In this document: positions 36,750 to 38,322 of the stretch, in pieces
How positions within the stretch are numbered: position 1 is the stretch's first letter
How the letters are laid out: each line of letters begins with the position of its first letter
Virus record (IMG/VR): IMGVR_UViG_3300008255_000062
Span: 1 to 38,322 of that record
Length of the DNA: 38,322 nt
Reading direction: 5' to 3' (one strand)
From: a virus
Taxonomy: Duplodnaviria; Caudoviricetes
Notes under the pieces: model-generated
What the model saw: the letters and a program-made list of their open reading frames with translations, nothing else
The model's database searches: none
What the model was told of the DNA's origin: nothing
Made by a program: the position numbers and the translations under genes

Positions 36750-37177
36750 TGACCCGCATACGCTACCGAGACCTGACTATAGAGCAGAGGCTTTTCGTCT
36801 GCAACGGATGCGGTGGGAAGGGTGGGATTAAAGTGCCGTCCTTTGTCTGGAATACGGCCTGCCATCACCATGATTTCAATTATTGGCTTGGGTGGCGTGA
36901 GCAAGATCGAGAGAAAGCAGACGGCCAGTTTCTATCGGAGATGCGGAGAGAGATTCGGTCTGATGCTCATTGGATCAGATGGCCTCACTTGTACGCCATT
37001 GCTCAAGCCTACTATTGGGCTGTGAGGATAAAAGGATCAGGCTATTTTCATTTAGGAGATAGAGAGCAGACGCTAGAGGATCTGATAATGCAGATGCAGG
37101 CCAATGAGCCTAAGCGCAGTGGGATGAAATTCACAGGCAAGCCGTGCGCTCCTTGCGATGAAAGGGTGATGGGTTAG
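36746..37177 (+). CDS. Phospholipase A2-like / DUF1353-like protein
   Basis: CNGCGG...ACHHHDFNY...REKADGQF...YYWAVR, containing the CxxHDxxY motif. Confidence 0.7.
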   Translation: MMTRIRYRDLTIEQRLFVCNGCGGKGGIKVPSFVWNTACHHHDFNYWLGWREQDREKADGQFLSEMRREIRSDAHWIRWPHLYAIAQAYYWAVRIKGSGYFHLGDREQTLEDLIMQMQANEPKRSGMKFTGKPCAPCDERVMG

Positions 37178-37247
37178 GGCCAAAGCCCGCTCCAGCGGTC
37201 AGTCAACGGACTCCGAGTGGCCGCTGGAGACTACTTTAGAGGTGAAA

Positions 37248-37652
37248 ATGTACGCATGGGGATCGAGAAGCCGAGAGAGAATGACGGGCGTAAACCCGAA
37301 TCTGATCCGAGTAGCGAACCGAGCGCTAGAGATCAGCAGCCAAAAGAAGAAGGGCTGTGTGGACTTCAGCATTCCGCACCTTGGCGGCAGGCGGTCGCCA
37401 TTGCAACAGATCGAGCTTTACGAGGCGAGAGTGAGTAGATGCGATGGGGTAGACAAGAGATCGCCTCACCAGGACGGCATGGCTCTAGATGTGGTCCCTT
37501 GGGTCAATGGCGGTGTGCCGTGGGATGACGAGTTCTACTTCCACCGAGTGGCTGTGTGTATGCTACAGGCAGCCTCAGAGCTTGGGGTAAAATTGAAGTG
37601 GGGCGGTAACTGGAGGAGCTGGACAGATTTGCCTCATTATGAGATTTTGTAG
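37248..37652 (+). CDS. Endolysin, M15 (L-Ala-D-Glu) peptidase
   Basis: GVNPNL, GRRS...Q, SPHQDGMALD, WGGNW...DLPHYE; ATG 37248 after GAGGTG. Confidence 0.9.
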   Translation: MYAWGSRSRERMTGVNPNLIRVANRALEISSQKKKGCVDFSIPHLGGRRSPLQQIELYEARVSRCDGVDKRSPHQDGMALDVVPWVNGGVPWDDEFYFHRVAVCMLQAASELGVKLKWGGNWRSWTDLPHYEIL

Positions 37653-37684
37653 GATAATGTATTTTTAAGGCTGAGGGATAGAAA

Positions 37685-38322
37685 ATGGCTAATGGAGCAT
37701 ACGATCAAAAACTAGGCTCTGGCGGAGTTGGTGCACCAGCGACAAATCCTGTCGCACCTATTGGTGTAAACTCCGCAGGAACTTCCTATGTGAAGCCTGC
37801 TGGCATTGCTGAAGCGATCAAAGCACCTGCTGTAGATAATGCTGGGTTTAACCGGTATGCTGGGTCAGCACAGCCAATTGCGCCCATTGGGACAAATGTC
37901 TTTGGTGTAAAGGTGGCTAGTCTTGTTGGCCTTCAACAGACTCTCAAGGCAATCCAAAGCCAGATTGGGACCGACAGCGCCGGTGTGAACCGGTTTGCTG
38001 GTTCCGCACAGCCTATTGCCCCTATTGGAGTAAATGTATCTGGTGTAAAGGTCGCATCTCCCATTGGGATACAGCCGATCAAGTCTACTGCTGGAGCAGA
38101 GATTTCTAATAAGTCTGACCAACAGAAGCAGGCCGAGGCTGGCTTTGGACCATCAGGGATTAACAATACCGGAGCGCCTACACAAACCAAGTCCGATCAG
38201 CAGCGTGAGGACGAGGCAGCCAAGATTGCTGGATTTGATGGAGTAGAAGACCGGACCCGGGCAGAGGCCCAAGGCATTACAGATGCAAACGAGTGGGGCG
38301 TTCAGAAGAAATACGACACAGA
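37685..38322 (+). CDS. 5' part of putative ejection (internal virion) protein 1; continues across the join to 1726 (746 aa total)
   Basis: ATG 37685 (MANGAYDQKLG...) after GAGGGA; translated by hand with no stop, in frame with ORF 236..1726; internal duplication AGxNRxAGSAQPIAPIGxNVxGVKVAS. Confidence 0.8.
   Translation, partial: MANGAYDQKLGSGGVGAPATNPVAPIGVNSAGTSYVKPAGIAEAIKAPAVDNAGFNRYAGSAQPIAPIGTNVFGVKVASLVGLQQTLKAIQSQIGTDSAGVNRFAGSAQPIAPIGVNVSGVKVASPIGIQPIKSTAGAEISNKSDQQKQAEAGFGPSGINNTGAPTQTKSDQQREDEAAKIAGFDGVEDRTRAEAQGITDANEWGVQKKYDT
38200..38322. repeat. Terminal overlap, identical to 1-123
   Basis: Exact 123-nt duplicate of the window start. Confidence 0.97.

Noticed and set aside
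1-38322. Integron integrase, prophage integrase, tRNA or rRNA genes
   Set aside because: No R-H-R-Y recombinase motifs or cloverleaf/rRNA signatures recognised by eye; HMM and tRNAscan searches are needed to be certain.

Overview
A complete, circularly permuted dsDNA phage genome of 38,199 bp: positions 1-123 are repeated exactly at 38200-38322, and one ORF reads through the join. The architecture is podovirus-like. The + strand late arm carries TerS, TerL, a P22-like portal, scaffold, an N4-gp56-like major capsid protein, adaptor, nozzle, tail fibre, a holin / phospholipase-A2-like / M15 endolysin block, and four ejection proteins, the last with a GH108 muramidase domain. The - strand early arm carries a lambda-O-like initiator with iterons, DnaB, a Rad52/Sak-like annealase, a DUF736 SSB-like protein, RusA, YopX, a fused glycosyltransferase and many small ORFs. 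No integrase, repressor, polymerase, reverse transcriptase or tRNA was recognised. The most unusual feature is an integrase-less, dispersed gene-cassette system. Two AT-rich foreign genes (a C5 methyltransferase broken by one TGA, and a small membrane protein) each lie between a conserved attI-like site GGTGYACATATATYCTA|GTTAGC and an attC-like hairpin whose left core is the exact 10-nt complement of the cassette start; a third copy of the site keeps only a cassette stub. Also notable are two paralogous YD-like 25-aa repeat genes built from discrete, shuffled sub-blocks, and a tandem 11-bp TGTTGATARAW motif at three late promoters. All assignments come from motif recognition by eye, not database searches.
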